Positions 37,001 to 50,751 of a stretch of DNA of 64,000 nucleotides are shown here, piece by piece. The notes beneath the pieces are model-generated. The model did not search any database. It saw nothing but the letters and a program-made list of their open reading frames with translations, and had not been told where the DNA came from. The stretch is from positions 124,001 through 188,000 of the forward strand of contig NW_027212023.1 of NCBI RefSeq assembly GCF_036971445.1, read 5' to 3'. The DNA comes from Narcine bancroftii. Lineage: Eukaryota. Both the position numbers and the translations under genes were made by a program. The stretch's first letter is position 1. Every line of letters starts with the position of its first letter.

Positions 37001-40000
37001 CTAATTTTCAATATTATTATGAGGCAGCTCAATTTAAACTCCTTAGTGCATTAATGAATATGGAGGATCCGCCCAGTTGGGCAAAGATAGAACAGGCAGT
37101 TCTTTTAGAAAAATCTCCACATGAATTTTTGTTTCGATGGAATAAAAATTTGTTACGAACTTATGATGTACCAATATTGAAACACTTGCTGAATTTATGG
37201 ACGAGTAAACTTGATAAAATGGGGATGAAAAATAAATGGTCTGGGCGATTGCCATTATATAATAACCAACTTGTTCCTTTTACGGTCTCCAATATCACTT
37301 TGAAACAATGGGAAAGGAAAGGAATAAAAAAACTTATCTGATGTTTTTTTGAAGGACATTTTTGATCTTTTGAGGAATTACAAAAGAAAGTTGGTATTAG
37401 TGGAAATTCTGTATTTGTGTATTATCAGTTAAGATCATTTGTAAAACAAATATGTGGTCGTCAAATGATTTTATTGCCTGAAACTAATTTTGAGAAATAT
37501 GTACTTTCAATACCAGGAAAGGGGTATATATCTGATTTGTATTGTATTTTACAAGAAAATGAAAGTAAGAAAGATTGGGATAAAGATAAGTTGAAATGGG
37601 AAAAAGACTTAGGTTCTACAATAGCTGAGGAAGCTTGGATGTAAATTTGTCAAAACATTATTCAGAAATTGATTAATGCTAGATTAGCGATGATTAATTA
37701 TAATTTTATACATCAATTATATTTAACACCAGAAAAATTTAAAAAATTTGGTCTTAGTAAGTCAGACTGTTGTTTTCGTTGTAATCAGACAGCTAGTACT
37801 TTTTTACATACAGTTTGGTCTTGTGACCAATTGCAACAGTTTTGGAAAGGTATTCAATCTATATTTAATAGATTATATAATATTTGTGTTGTTTTAGATC
37901 CTGATATATTTTTATTAGGGAATATGCAATCATTAATTGATTTAGGATTAAATGATTATCAGATTTCTTTTATCTATTTAGCTTTAGCAGTGGCCAAGAA
38001 ATGTATAGCGTCTACTTGGAAACATAGAAATATAATAACTTTGGATAGGTGGTATTTAGAGATGAAGTCTTGTTTAATTATGGAAAGGATATCTTTTTCA
38101 ATTCAAGATAAGATGTCTTTTTATAAGTTGAAGTGGACTCCATTTGTTAAGTATATGCAATTAAGTTTGATTTAAATGTTTCTAGATGTGATATTTTAGA
38201 TCTGATTAAAAAAAAATTATTATTTTTATTTGTCATATTTTTCTTTTTTTGTGAGTGCTTTTTTATTATATAATATTAATTTTACTAATTCTTCACTCTT
38301 TATTTGTGGGAGGGGAAGGGTGGGGTTTTTTTATATATTTTTTTTAGTTTTTGTATATGTAGGGGGGTGGTTGTATTAAGTTAGGTTATTAATGTTGTAT
38401 TGTAATTATATTATTTTATATCTTTTCTTTAAATGTCATTTTCTTTTTATTCCTGTGATAAAATCTTTAAATAAAGTTTAAAAAAAACTTTTACAACCAC
38501 TTCATCCCGGGAGCTGCACGCATCATGCAGCCGCTGTTAGTGCAGCCAAGCACAAGACGCTCACTTGGAACCCAGAAGCCTGCACTGCATTTGAGGCCAC
38601 CAAGGACACCCTCGCAAAGGCCGCCATGCTCGCCCACCCGCACACTGACCTGCATATGGCACCCTCTGTTGATGTCTCTGCCACGGCCGTCGGTGCCATC
38701 CTGGAGCAGCAGGTGAATGGGCATTGGAAGCCGCTGGCATTCTTCAGCCGCCTGCTCCATCCGCCAGAATGCAAGTATAGTGCCTTCGACTGCGAGTTAC
38801 TGGGCATGTACCTCCAATCCGCTATTTTTTGGAGGGGAGGACTTTTACCATCTTCACCGACCACAAACCCCTCACCCAGGCGCTCGCGATGGCAAAGAAT
38901 CCCTGGTCAGCCTGTCAGCAGCGTCACCTCTCCTTCGTGTCGGGGTTTACCATGAACATTCGGCACAAGGCTGGATAGGAAAATTTGGTTGCCAATGCTC
39001 TCTTGCGACTTGCCATCTGCGCGCTGATGCCCAGCCTCAACTTCGACCAGCTCGCCCAGGACCAGGAAGCTGATGAGGAGACGAGGGCCTTCAAGACCGC
39101 CATCACCAGCCTGCGATTCTGAGACCTCCCGACTCCGAGCGGCGAAGGCACCATCCTGTGCAATATCTCCTTGGGCACGTCGCAGCCAATGGCGCAGGCA
39201 GGTCTTCCATCACATCCATAACCTTTCATATCTGTCCATCAGGTCCACGGTCCGGATGGTGGCAGAACGGTTCATAAGGCATGGGCTGTGGAAGCAGATT
39301 GTGGGCTGGGCCAGAACATGCACCCAATGTCAGACGTCCAAGGTGCACAGGCACATCAGGGCGCCCGTACAGGAGTTCGAGCACATCCAGGAACGGTTCA
39401 GCCACATTCACGTGGACATCGTCGGGCCTTTACCCATTTCCCGTGGCAACCATTACCTGTTTACAGTGGTGGATCGCACCACTCACTGGCCCAAGGCGAT
39501 CCCGATGCCAGACGCCTCCACCGATTCCTGCTCCCGAGCCCTGTTGCATGGTTGGGTCGCCCGGTTTGGCGTCCTGGGTCATCTCTCCAGCAAGCGGGGC
39601 GCCCAGTTCACATCTGCACTCTGGGCACAGCTCACCAACAGGTTAGGGATACAGTTACACCGCACCACGGGCTACCACCTGCAGGCCACCACCTTAAGTC
39701 GGCACTCATGGCCCGCCTCACCTGTCCTGACTGGACGGACGAACTGCCTTGGGTGCTCCTGGGCATCTGCTCCACTCCCAAGGAAGATCTGCAGGCGTCA
39801 TCAGCTGTCTACGGTGCGCCGCTGACACTACCTGGTGAGTTCATCAACGCACCTCACAATCTCCAGCGGTTGCCGCACGAACTACTTCCTCACCTCAGGG
39901 CACGCTTGGACTCCTTCGAACCCCCATCGCCGTCCAGGCATGGCACCCACCTGTCCCACATTCCCGGCGAACTGCTTTCCATGGAATATGTTTTCGTTCG

Positions 40001-40502
40001 GTGGGGCCCAACCGTGGCACCTCTGCAGCAACCGTACGAGGGGCCTTAAAGGGTTTTATAGTGTTCCGGCTCGACATTCATGCTGGACTTGGGCGGCAGG
40101 CATGAGCTGTTTACCATGGACAGGCTGAAGCCAGCGCATCTCGATCCCACCGAGCCTGTGGTCATTGCCCAGCCTAATAAGCGAGGCCGCCCAGCAAAAA
40201 AGACATTGGCGCCAGTTCTGGGGGGGGGCTGTGTGGCGGCTCACCACAAGGCAGGTGAACCAGCCCCACTTGTAAGCCACGCTGCGGGGCAGCCGGCCAG
40301 AATGGTGCCGTCGGGGGTTTCCCTTCCTTCCAGCTTGGGGCTCAGAAACCCGGTGACGTTAGCGCCCTCCAGCGCGGTTCTTAACCAGGTCCAGGCTGAG
40401 AGTATAAGTGCAGCCCAGCAGCCTGCAATAAACTGTCTGCTCACTGAGCTGAACCCGTCTGGCTGTGTGTGTTATTGCAGGAGCAGTGTAGCCGCCGCTA
40501 CA
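34037..40502 (+). mobile_element. Full-length decayed Gypsy (CsRn1-clade) LTR retrotransposon
   Basis: LTRs 34037-34320 and 40232-40502 (TGTGGCGGC...GCCGCTACA); TSD ATAC; PBS TGGTGACCCCGAC at 34323-34335; G-run PPT at 40220-40228; gag (VKLPEFW; CFYHx9Cx3C), PR (LIDSGA), RT (YLDD), RNase H and IN (HVDIVGP), with stops and frameshifts. Confidence 0.96.
36310..38485 (+). mobile_element. 5'-truncated L1-clade LINE nested in the Gypsy RT
   Basis: RQGCPLSP and LFADD motifs; C-terminal CFRC...HTVWSC; T-rich 3'UTR, AATAAA and short A tail; 15-bp TSD AACTTTTACAACCAC (36295-36309 and 38486-38500); abrupt AT-rich composition. Confidence 0.95.
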
Positions 40503-41159
40503 ATACGATCTTACTGCCAAGAATTTGCTCATTTTTATCTGCCCCTTTACAGGCTTTTTGGCCCACACTTTTCATGTCCCCTTGCTATCATCCTTCTTGC
40601 TCTTACAAGTTTGCAAAATTGGTCTACACATCCAACTCCAATGTAGGTCAAACAAAATGATGGTCCCACCACTGACTCTCCATTCTGAAATGCAGTCAGT
40701 TTTTTCTATCCATTCTCTTTATTCCTGGGCCTCAATCTTACTGATTAATCTCATGTGGTAACTTCAAAATTCTTCTGATTCTGTGTCTATCTGGAAGCCA
40801 CTTTAACATTAGGATTGTATCTGGCTCCACCATTACTCCTGGAAGCATGTTCCAGGCCCCTACCTCTGGGTAAAATACTTACCCATTAAACATCCTCCCC
40901 CTCACTTTAAGCAAGTATCATCCAGCCGCAGTGATTCTCAACCAGTGGGCCGCAGTGCGTTTCCATGTGGGTCTTTAAAAATGTTAAATAAAATATTTTA
41001 AATTAGATAAAGATGCATTTCTTATAGAGCTGCCTTTGACTCAGTCATTGCCACTAGTGGGCCAAGGCATGTTAAGCGACTAGGCCGGAAGCCAGGTGGG
41101 CCTAAAACCGGAAAAGGTTTAGAACCACTAGAGAACTGGAGTCTACTCTAGTTCATGAT

Positions 41160-42250
41160 ACTTGTTATCTGGAGAAATTATTTTGTCCATGTACCCAAGA
41201 TTTTATAAACTTCTCTCAGGCCTCCCCTCAGCCTCCTGCACTCCAGAAACAAAACAACCTGTCTGTCCAATCTCTCATCAACATCCTGGTAAATCTCTGT
41301 ACCCTTTCCTGTGCCTCCACCTACATCCTATAATTGGAGCAACAAGAACCGCACACAGTATTTCAAATGCAGGCGGACCAAAGTAACTTCCCTACTTTGA
41401 TCCAATGAAAGTGAGCATGCCATATACGTGTACCACTCTCTCTACTTGCATGTCCAATCTCAATGAGCTGTGAACTGGAATCTCAGATCCATCTCCAAGT
41501 CAATGCTTTTAAGAGCCCTGCCATTTACTGTATACATTCCCCAAACATTTGACCTCAGTGCTACACCTCACACATGTCCTGATTAAACTCCATCTGCTAT
41601 TTCCTAGCCCACAACATGGAAATGATCAATAACTAGTTCCATTCTTTTACATCTCCCCTACACTGTCCACAACTCTTCCAGTCTTGGAGTCATCTCCAAA
41701 CGTACTAACCCACCCGCCTACTTTTTTTCATCTACGTCATTTATATAGTTATTAACAAGGTCCCCAACTCTGATCCTAGTCACAGACCTCCAACCCTGAA
41801 AACTGCCTTCCACCACTACCCTCTGCCTTTAACGAGCCAGTCAATGTTGAATCCAAACTATAAATCCACCATGTATCTCCATCTTCTGAACTAGCCTGCC
41901 ATAGGGGACTTTGTCAATTGCCTCACTAAAATCCATGTGAACGGCATCCACTGCCCTACCCTCATCACCCAATTTTGACGTCTTCTCAAAATACTCATAT
42001 TGATAAGACATGACCCGCCCCTCAGAAAATCATGTTGACTGTCCCTAATCTGACCATCGCTTCCAAATGCAGACAAATCCTATTCCGAAGTATCCTTTCC
42101 ATTGGTTTCCCGACCCCTGATCTGAGACTCACTGGCCAATAATTTCATGGATTATCCTGTTTCTCTTCTGGTACAACGTGAGCTACGCCGCAGTTCTCTG
42201 GATCTTCTGTCACTAGTGAGGATGAAGCTATCTTATCAAGGTCCCAGCAA
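41160..42250 (-). mobile_element. CR1-type LINE fragment (other CR1 pieces at about 24580-24965, 45680-45900, 46090-46320, 53230-53420, 62270-62870)
   Basis: Degenerate RT N-terminal motifs (DSQHDFLRGGSCL; MDFSEAIDKVP-like); CR1 3'-end text such as cagagggtcgtggatctgtggaactcactgcc in the related pieces. Confidence 0.7.
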
Positions 42251-43024
42251 TCTTTGCACTTGCCTCTTTCGATAACGTTGGATTGTGAGGAGAATTAAAT
42301 GGGATCAGTGCAGAGTGATGGCTGGCACAGGCATAAGGGGCCCATTTCCTCCTGGTGTCCTTTCTCTCTGATCCTTGTTCTATCCTCAGCCCTCCAAATG
42401 ATAATTTACATTTCAAAAGTGCCATGCTGGAGAAACCTGGCAGGTCAAACAAGTGTACTTTATGTAGCAAAGATAAAGATACATAATCAACGTTTCAGGC
42501 TTTGTCCTTCATGGGGGAAGATCAAAATATCGGCAGACACCCAATCAAAATGATAGGGGGGAAGGGAGCCTGCTGACAGGGGTAATTTACACAGTATGTC
42601 CTTGATAGGTTTGCATAGGTCAGCATAAAATGATGGGTTGAAGGGCTGTGCTGTAATTTCAATGTTCTATATAAATCCATGAAAAAAGCCTGCATTGAAT
42701 TCAGCAATTGTGATTTATCGTTGAAGTTGTCAGTGTGAATTTCTACTCCAAGTAAATGGAAGGTATTTGGAAACCACTGAGATAAGCAAAACGGGAATCT
42801 TTAAGGCTCTTAAAATGGACAACCCCTGGATGAGCTAAAATGCAGGGAAAGAAGGGTTATTATCCAATGAAATCTGAAATGCTCCATTTATTGCCTGCCA
42901 CATTCATGGTGACGTGGGATGGTCTCCTGCGCACCAACCTTCTCCTGAAAACATAATCAAGATGAAGAAAATTAAAGTGAGTACAGATGGAGAGAACACT
43001 ACCATGAGTAAATAAAATTTTTTT

Positions 43025-43049
43025 TTTATTGAAATCAAATGGCTTTATT
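43025..43049 (-). terminator. Candidate polyadenylation signals of the carrier gene (two AATAAA)
   Basis: TTTATT at 43025-43030 and 43044-43049 on +, at the end of about 2.3 kb without recognisable TEs after the stop codon. Confidence 0.5.
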
Positions 43050-45374
43050 TAATATCTGAGAATTAATAATAGTTTACATCTTTAGGATTATAAAACATTT
43101 ATGATACAGAAAGAGGCAGTTCACCTCATTGTGTTCATATTCGTTTGAAAAATAGAGACCGAGTCTGATCCCGTTTGTGTCCGTAACCCTACACATCACT
43201 TTGGATACAAAACCAGGTCCAGTGAAACTCCAGTAACATGGCAATCTTCGGACTGCAGTTAACTGGAATAACATATTTTACAGACGGTTGATTGTTATTC
43301 ATTGTAAATACTCCAACATATGGTTAATTTTTCATTTCACAGTGTTATAGGACGTTTTCTGGTGAACTGGATGCGTTTAAAGAGACAACAAGAACCATAG
43401 GTCTGTTGAGTCGAATGGGAGCCGGATAACAGAGGACAAGATGTCCATTCCAAGAAAAATATAACAAGGGGAGATATCCCACCAATTGAAAGCCAGCAAA
43501 CAAACCAAAAGAATGCTTTACAACAATGCATCATCCAGCTGAGTGCCCAGTTCATGGTAACTATATAGTTTGTGTAATTATATGGTTGGCTAGCCAATCC
43601 ACAGAAATTCAGCTAACAACCAGAAAAACAACAGATAAGCAAACAATGTAAGGTCAGATGACCGACCAACAAAAAACAAAGCCATCGACAGAAGGCTAAC
43701 TGGCCCTGAGAATTTGGAATCCAGCTGAGTAAAGATCAGAAGATCAAGCATCAGGAATGTGCCCTAACCATCAGAAAACTATAATCGATCAACATGCAAA
43801 AGCACATCAGATAATTGGTCAGCTGGGCTTTCGATTGTCAACATTCTGATAATTTTTGTGGTTGCTTAGCTGACCTTTTGGTGATTAGAAAGCTGGCATG
43901 TTTGTTCTTTGTCTAACTATTTGACATGTTTGTAGTTTCCTTGATCATCCTTTGGTTAAGTTGACCTATTGATTGAAATACTGGCCTTCAATTAATTAAC
44001 AGTAGCTTGATAGTTTGTTAACTCTGTGGTATCTCCTTGCTGCTCTATATTGTGTCTTTGAATAGATTCTAATATTCTGTTAGTTGATAAGCTGTCCTGA
44101 GCTTGATTGGTTGGCTAACCAACCTGTTGGCTTTCTAATGGTTATCTAGCCTCCTGTTCATTAATTAGTGAGCCTTCTGTTCAGTAATTAGTTAGCTGAA
44201 CTCTAGTGGTATCTCGTTTTCTGTTGGTTGCTTAGATAGCTTAAGTGTAGCTATCACATTGATTGGTTAAATGGCCTTCTGGTTATTACAATGGTCTCCT
44301 GTAGGTTGGCCTTCCAATCTTCTCTTAATTGGATTCTATTGAAGTATAACGTGGTGGTCTTTTCGTGGTTATGGAGCTGGTTATTTTGAAGGCTTTCCAT
44401 TGTTTGGGTACCTCAATAGCCATCGAATCCCCCGGTTGGTTTACTCCCCTTTTTGTTGGTGAGTCGGTTGAACTTTGGATGATGATATTAAGCTGATTCT
44501 TTGTCAGAGGCCTTGTGGCTGTCTTTTAATAACTGGTCAACTGGATTTGCTGGCACATTTGTAGTTTAACTGGGTTCGCTAGCTTTCTGGTCTTTGGGTG
44601 TTTGCATTGGAGCTGACCTTGCAATTGGTTTGTTGGGCTTGTGCAAGCTGATTGGCTGGTCCAGTGTTTGACTGTGAGAAGGTTGGATGGCTTTCTTTCT
44701 GGTGAAGCCACTCCCTGATTGTTAATTGGGTTTCCTATATCAATCTGGCCATCAGGTTGGTTCTCTGACCCTCCGATAGTTATCGTTTTTGCCCTACTGA
44801 CTGGTTGGCAGATTGTTTAATGGTTGGAGCCTTTCTGTGGCTTGGTTACCTGTCAACCTGATGGTTTGCTTGCCCTCTGATTTCTTGTTGCCTGCTGATA
44901 TTTGGGACATGGTCTTTGATGAGCTCTCAGCCTTGCTGATTGGGCAGCTGGGCTTGCAATGGAAAATAACAAATCTTTTAATGATTTGCTGGCCTTCTGA
45001 TTGTTGGTTGTGCTGCATTTTGTCACCTGGTGATGTTTTGTTGGCTTTCTACTTCCAGATAGTTGATATAATGGTCTTCTGCCCAGTGGATTGTGCTAAG
45101 TGAGTGGGCCACAGAGCTGGTAGATAGGGTGGATGTGATTGCTGGGCGAGTATTCTTTGGTAGCTGGGGGATGGATCTGAAATGGCAGCTAGTTTCGTGG
45201 CTCCTGACTGCCTGCCGCATTGGATCGATTTTTGGACCCATGACGGGGTTTTGTGCACTTCCTTTGTTCAATTTCTTCTTCAGTTGGTCAGGTCCTGGTT
45301 TTCTGGGTCTGGATCTCAAAGCAAAGTTTGGGAAGAAAGAGATGAACATTGAGACTTGTTTTCTTTTCCGCTGA

Positions 45375-45559
45375 TTAGTTCCAGGTGAGACCCAGGAGGT
45401 TTCTCATCCACTCGTAGATAACAAAACTGATGCTCACGGCCGGGACAACCTTGATGCAGTTGGGTGTGAATCCTCGATAGAAGCCTCTCAAACCGTCCTC
45501 TCGCATGATGGTCATGATGTGTTGAACCATGCTCACCTGTGTCCCATCTTTACAAATAG
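45375..45559 (-). CDS. SCaMC-family carrier, last coding exon
   Basis: tctttctatAG acceptor; AICKDGTQVSMVQHIMTIMREDGLRGFYRGFTPNCIKVVPAVSISFVIYEWMRNLLGLTWN then TAA (45377-45375); absent from the ORF track. Confidence 0.92.
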
Positions 45560-47292
45560 CTATAGAAAGAAAAAGAGTTCTGTGTTACATGTGGAACAAC
45601 TTAATCCATTGCTTAGTACATGTTCAAGATTCAAGCAAGGTTATTTCTAAATGTTAAGGTTTTCATCCTTTTGACAGAGATTAGGAAGAACTTCTTTAGC
45701 CAGAGGGTCGTGGATCTGTGGAACTCACTGCCGCATTCAGCAGTGGAAGCCAGATCACTGGGAGTATTTAAACAAGAAATAAACAAGTATCTCATTAGTG
45801 AGGGCATCAAGGGATATGGGGGAAAAAGCTGCAAATTAGCACTAGTGTAGAGTAGCTTAATGTAGATTTACAGAACAGACTTGATGGGCCTAGTGGCCTA
45901 CTTCTGTTTCATTGTCTTGTAATCTTGTGATTTAAATAATTGAAATATTGAGGACATAATAGATTATATTATTGTTAATTATTTGAATGATAATACATCA
46001 ACATAATTCCTTTAAAAGGTGTGACATAATGTTTCGTTTAGATAGCAGTTTTTACACCAGTGAAAGGGGACAATAGGCCACAATTTTGGGATAAAAGGAT
46101 GTCAATTTAAAACAGAAATGCAGAGAAATTTCTTTATGGTTGCGAGTCTGTGGAACTTGTTGCCACAGGTGACTGAGGAAGGTAGGTGGTTGGAGTGTAT
46201 TTAAGGCAGAGTTTGACAGGTATTTGATTAGTCAGATCATCAAAGCTTACGGGGAGAAGGCCAGGGAGTGAAGATGAGTGATCAGGATCAGCTTATGATT
46301 AAATGGCAGGGCAGACCTGACAGGTGGCTGGAATCCGGCTTGTGGGAACCCGGTATCGGCACCAGGATCCATGAGGGCTCGTGAAGGGCCTCAAATGCTG
46401 ACAGCTTCTTAATCATATCGGGGTTTGGAAACGGGGGGTCGAAAAGAAAGATCTGATGCCTGGAGCTTGGGGTCCCTGCTGGACTGGACAGGAGGACGCG
46501 CTGCTCTAAAGGTTATGGGGGCGTGGGAGACAGCAACATCACAGGCACGATGTCTTTTATGCTTCCCTTTCTCATTGTGGCAGAGGAGCTGTGGAGAATC
46601 TTCATGTGCCTCACACATTGTGTGTATTTAGTGCATTGACAAAAAGGGATCTGGGATCCAAGTAAAAACACAATGCTGGAGAAACTCAGCAGATGGATCG
46701 AAAGATGCTTTCATTGTGGACTAACACTTGGAATGGAGTGGTCCGAGATTGCACCTTGAGCTCTTACTGCCTGCAGCAAAAGTACTTAGACCCAGACAGC
46801 AGCAACAAGAGGTCACCATGCCTCCCAATGCCAAGGCTAACCCTCCAGGATTCTGTTTCATCTCTCCTATACATAGGGTGTTGTGAGTTACACACAGTCC
46901 CTGCTGCCAGCTCGGCCCAATTCTGCATTGATCTTGGAGCAGCATCACAATACTGGAATATCAAGGGAGTGGTTGACGCCACAAATTTCATCTTGGGACG
47001 TCCTGCAGTCTCTCGTTTCACGTACCTTTTCAGATCAAACTATTCCCTGTGTTATTTTTTTCTTAATTTTGAAATACAGTGCAACAAGAGGCCCTTCTGG
47101 CCCATGAGCCTGGCTGCCCAAATACCCCCAAGTAACAGTTAGTACGTGTTTGAAACCTGAGGAAACTGGAGCAGCCAGAGGAGGCCTATGCAGACACGGG
47201 GAGAATGTACAAACTCCTTACAGAGAGCCCCGGATTCAATCCTGTAATCATTGACACTATAACAATGTGGCACTAACTGGTCTCTCTTATCT

Positions 47293-47900
47293 CACTGAAC
47301 GATGTAGATTTTGCTTCCTGAATATTTTGGGTGTATTTTATAGATGTTGGGCTGCCGATCACGAAAATCACCTTAAAATTTTCCTGTGGCCTGGTTCTGT
47401 TCCTTTGTCTGTGATCACGCACCTTTTAGTTGGAACCATTTTTTTCTTCTGATTTCCTGCCATGTTTACTTCGAGCATACAAAACTGTGAAGTGCAACAC
47501 GTCGCTGAAAATTTATTTTCTCCATTTGCACTTGGACTCCTTCCCCGCTGATCTCGGTGACGAACATGGGGAAAGGTTTCCCCAGGACGCTGCGGCCACG
47601 GAAAAGCGGTATCAGGGTAACCAGGATCCATGAATGCTGGTCAACTATTGTTGGACACTGACATGAGAGGCATCAGATGCTGAGTTCAAGCAAAAATCAG
47701 CAGCAAGAACTTTTTTTTAGGTCAGTTGAACTAACGCAATGTCTCAGCGTCATACGATTAAACATACTAAATTTAATAAAAGTTGACGTTTCTCCAACTT
47801 CCGATCTGATTAGAAACAAATCTAAAGTTATATTTGTGTTCAGCTTGAACCTGTGTATCATAATTCCCAAATTCTTTTCAGGAAGCAGACCTTTTGAAAA
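47293..47900 (+). mobile_element. Chapaev3-like (CMC) DNA transposon deletion derivative (relatives at about 21860-22235 and 49930-50247)
   Basis: Transposase remnant KIYFLHLHLDSFPADLGDEHGERFPQD...EKRYQG; CACTG...CAGTG-type ends; inner inverted tgcttcctga/tcaggaagca. Confidence 0.6.
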
Positions 47901-48081
47901 ATATCATTTCTGATGTATTTGCTCCTGTATTTCAGAAGCCCACTGACAAGTTCCATCAACATTACAGTGATACCTTCTTTTAGCTCCCCTGTGATTTTGT
48001 TCAGTCTGCAAGTCACCGATGTCACCCAGTAGCCAGTGAGTGTGCTGCAAGAACCTTGAACGGAGTGTGAGAGGGCCTCAC

Positions 48082-48232
48082 CTTGTGCTTGCATCTTGGT
48101 CCTGATGAGAGCTAGGGGGTAGCTGCCCAGCTGGCCGCAGGTGCTGGAGGTGGTGCCACAGCCAAGATAGATGAAGATACCAGGGTCTTTTGGGTCATGG
48201 GTGTACCATTGGCAATAGCCTTTCTTCAAACA
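48082..48232 (-). CDS. SCaMC-family carrier, penultimate exon
   Basis: AG acceptor and G|GTGAG donor, 151 nt (phase 1); [50 protein letters not shown]. Confidence 0.93.
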
Positions 48233-48860
48233 CTGCCATTGAAATGAAGGAAAATTCACAAATGAATAAGACGTTGCTAAAGAACACTTCAAAACAAACA
48301 TGTCTGTGTGCAGATATTTAAATGTTTTAATTCTTTAAATTTACTTACAGCACAGCAGAAGCCAATTCTGGCCCATGAAACCCATGCTGCCCAATTAACC
48401 TGCCAATTCTGTACAGTTTTGGAGGGTGGGGGAAACCAACGCAGATCACAGGGGAGAGCGTATAAACTCATTACAGACAGCGTTGGATTCAAACCTGCGT
48501 TGCTAGCTCTGCAATAGCGTTGTGCTAACCAATACAATAATCATTCTGAGCTCCACTCCAATTGTTCACAATGTTTCGACTTCCTCTTTAAAGATCTATT
48601 CTCCACATCCTCTGGGATGAAGATTCTCGACTCTACAAGTTCCTGCGCACTGCATTTCTAAATGTCCATCCCACAGTGTTGTACATGCGCCCCATCACCC
48701 TTGAGGCTCTCCCGCCAGTGGAAGTATCTTGACGTTAATCCTTGTTTCAATTGGATCACGCCTCCTCCTCCCACCCCCCCCCCACCATTCTCCTGAACTC
48801 CCAACATCGATCAATCGATCCTCTCTCATTAAGCCCAAAATATTTCTTCATCAAACTTAC

Positions 48861-49028
48861 TTCGTAGACAGTCAGCTCAATGCCTGCGTAAGGGATGATG
48901 CCAAGTAGGTTTGGGAGAAAGCCTTTGTAGAGTGCAGCAAGCCCTTCATTTCTGACAAGAATTTTCATGCAGTTGTTGATCCCTTTGTACTGCCCTGTGT
49001 TCCCAAGGGCCAGTCGTGTCTTCAGCAC
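48861..49028 (-). CDS. SCaMC-family carrier, next exon
   Basis: AG acceptor and GTAAG donor, 168 nt; [16 protein letters not shown]...[29 protein letters not shown]. Confidence 0.93.
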
Positions 49029-50751
49029 CTGGACCAGTCAGAAATCCTTGTTAGACCCTCCTGACCTTGGGATGCCAACCATTCTAGATAAAGGTTTTTC
49101 TTTCCCCAAAACCAAGTCAAAATAATATTTCAGAAATGAGCCTCGTGTCATCTGAATTGTATGGACTTGTGCAGAGATTTGAGCTTCCCAGAAAAGGTGT
49201 AATTCAATTTGTTAACCTGAGCTTCCAAAAGGCTTTTGATGAAACATGGTACAATAAAACCCGTTATCCAGAATTCAAGTAACTGGCAACTTCATGCAGC
49301 AAATTGTGGAAAATAAATAGGTTAAAAAAAAATACAGGTTTTAAAATTGCCAAGCCTTGCCGTTTGTTCTCCATTCAAGCAAAATACAGTCTCAAACTAC
49401 AGGAAAACTTCACTTATCCGGCATCTACCAATCCCCATAGGTGCCAGATACCAGGGGTTTAACTGTACATCTCACACAGTGGATTCCGTGGGAAAGCCTG
49501 TAAACCTGAATGAAAGCACAGTGCTTTTTGCTGAATCTTTATTCGCATAGAATGGATGCAGAAGTTTGTAAAGGACACAAATTTTAATGAGCAATGAACA
49601 ACTATGAACTACTTTAATTCCAGTTTAAAAAGAGTGTTGAGCATATAAGCAAATGTGTCCCGTTACACTTTAAAAGTCTGTTGGATTCCTTGTGTCCAAT
49701 CTTGATTCAATATTCCTTTGTTGCCATGTAATAAAACAGGTGCAATATTACTCAAAATTGAGCTTAGTCTGCTGTAAGGCAAAGATTCCCCATCAGCGGA
49801 GATTGCTGGGTGCCCCTTACAGTCAGAGAAAAAAAAGGAATAAAAAGTTTCCCCCAAAGTCGCTAAGTGTCCATGGATTTGCATCTAGCGTCCCTACGGC
49901 ATCTGTGGTCACACAGCCTTCAGTTCTAACCGGTATCAGGGCAACTGGAATCCATCAATGCTGACCAACTATTGTCGGACATTTGCGCAAGAGGCATCAG
50001 ATGCTGAGTACAAACGAAAATCAGTAGCCAAACATTTTTAGGTCAGGTGAACTAACACAATGTGTCAGCGTCAGTATGCAAGTAAACGTTAAATTCAATA
50101 AAAGTTTATTTAATGTTTCTCCAACTTCCTACATGATACAGCAAATCTGTAATTATTGTTGTGTTCAGTTTGAAATTGTTTATCATAATCCCTCATTTCA
50201 GGAAACAAAAACATTTGGGGAGGAAAAGAAAAATTGTTGTCCAGTGTTATCTGCTTGTTTCTACATTGTGCTTTGTAGGAGTTTTCTGTGTGCAAATTGG
50301 CCTCTCCCCGTTTTGATTAGCCGGGATTGGTATGTACCGAAAAAACATGCTGAACTATTATCTGACCAGCCCTCAGCCCTGCAGAACCCTCCCATTTATG
50401 TGCCTATCCAAAAATATTTTAGATGTTGAAATGATAGCTCGTCCCACATTTTCACCACTCCCATGTGTGGTAGTTTCACGGAAACCTTTAAACATATGAT
50501 CTTTCACCCTAAACTCATGACGTTTTGATCCGGTCTCAACTAAACCTCCGTAGAAAACCCCTGCTTGGATTCACTCTATAACTTTGCAAACCTCCTTCCA
50601 ATCCCCCCTCATTCTCCGATACTGTGGAGAATGAAGTCCTAACCTATTTCACCTTTCCCTGTAACTCTACTCCTCAGGTTCTGGCAACATCCTATCAATC
50701 TTCCATGCACCCTCAGCATTTGCGTGATCTTCAGGGAACCCTGGATACTAC

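Noticed and set aside
45285-45374. Stop-codon read-through extension of the carrier
   Set aside because: TAA-T context is not leaky, another stop follows within about 30 codons, and there is no motif
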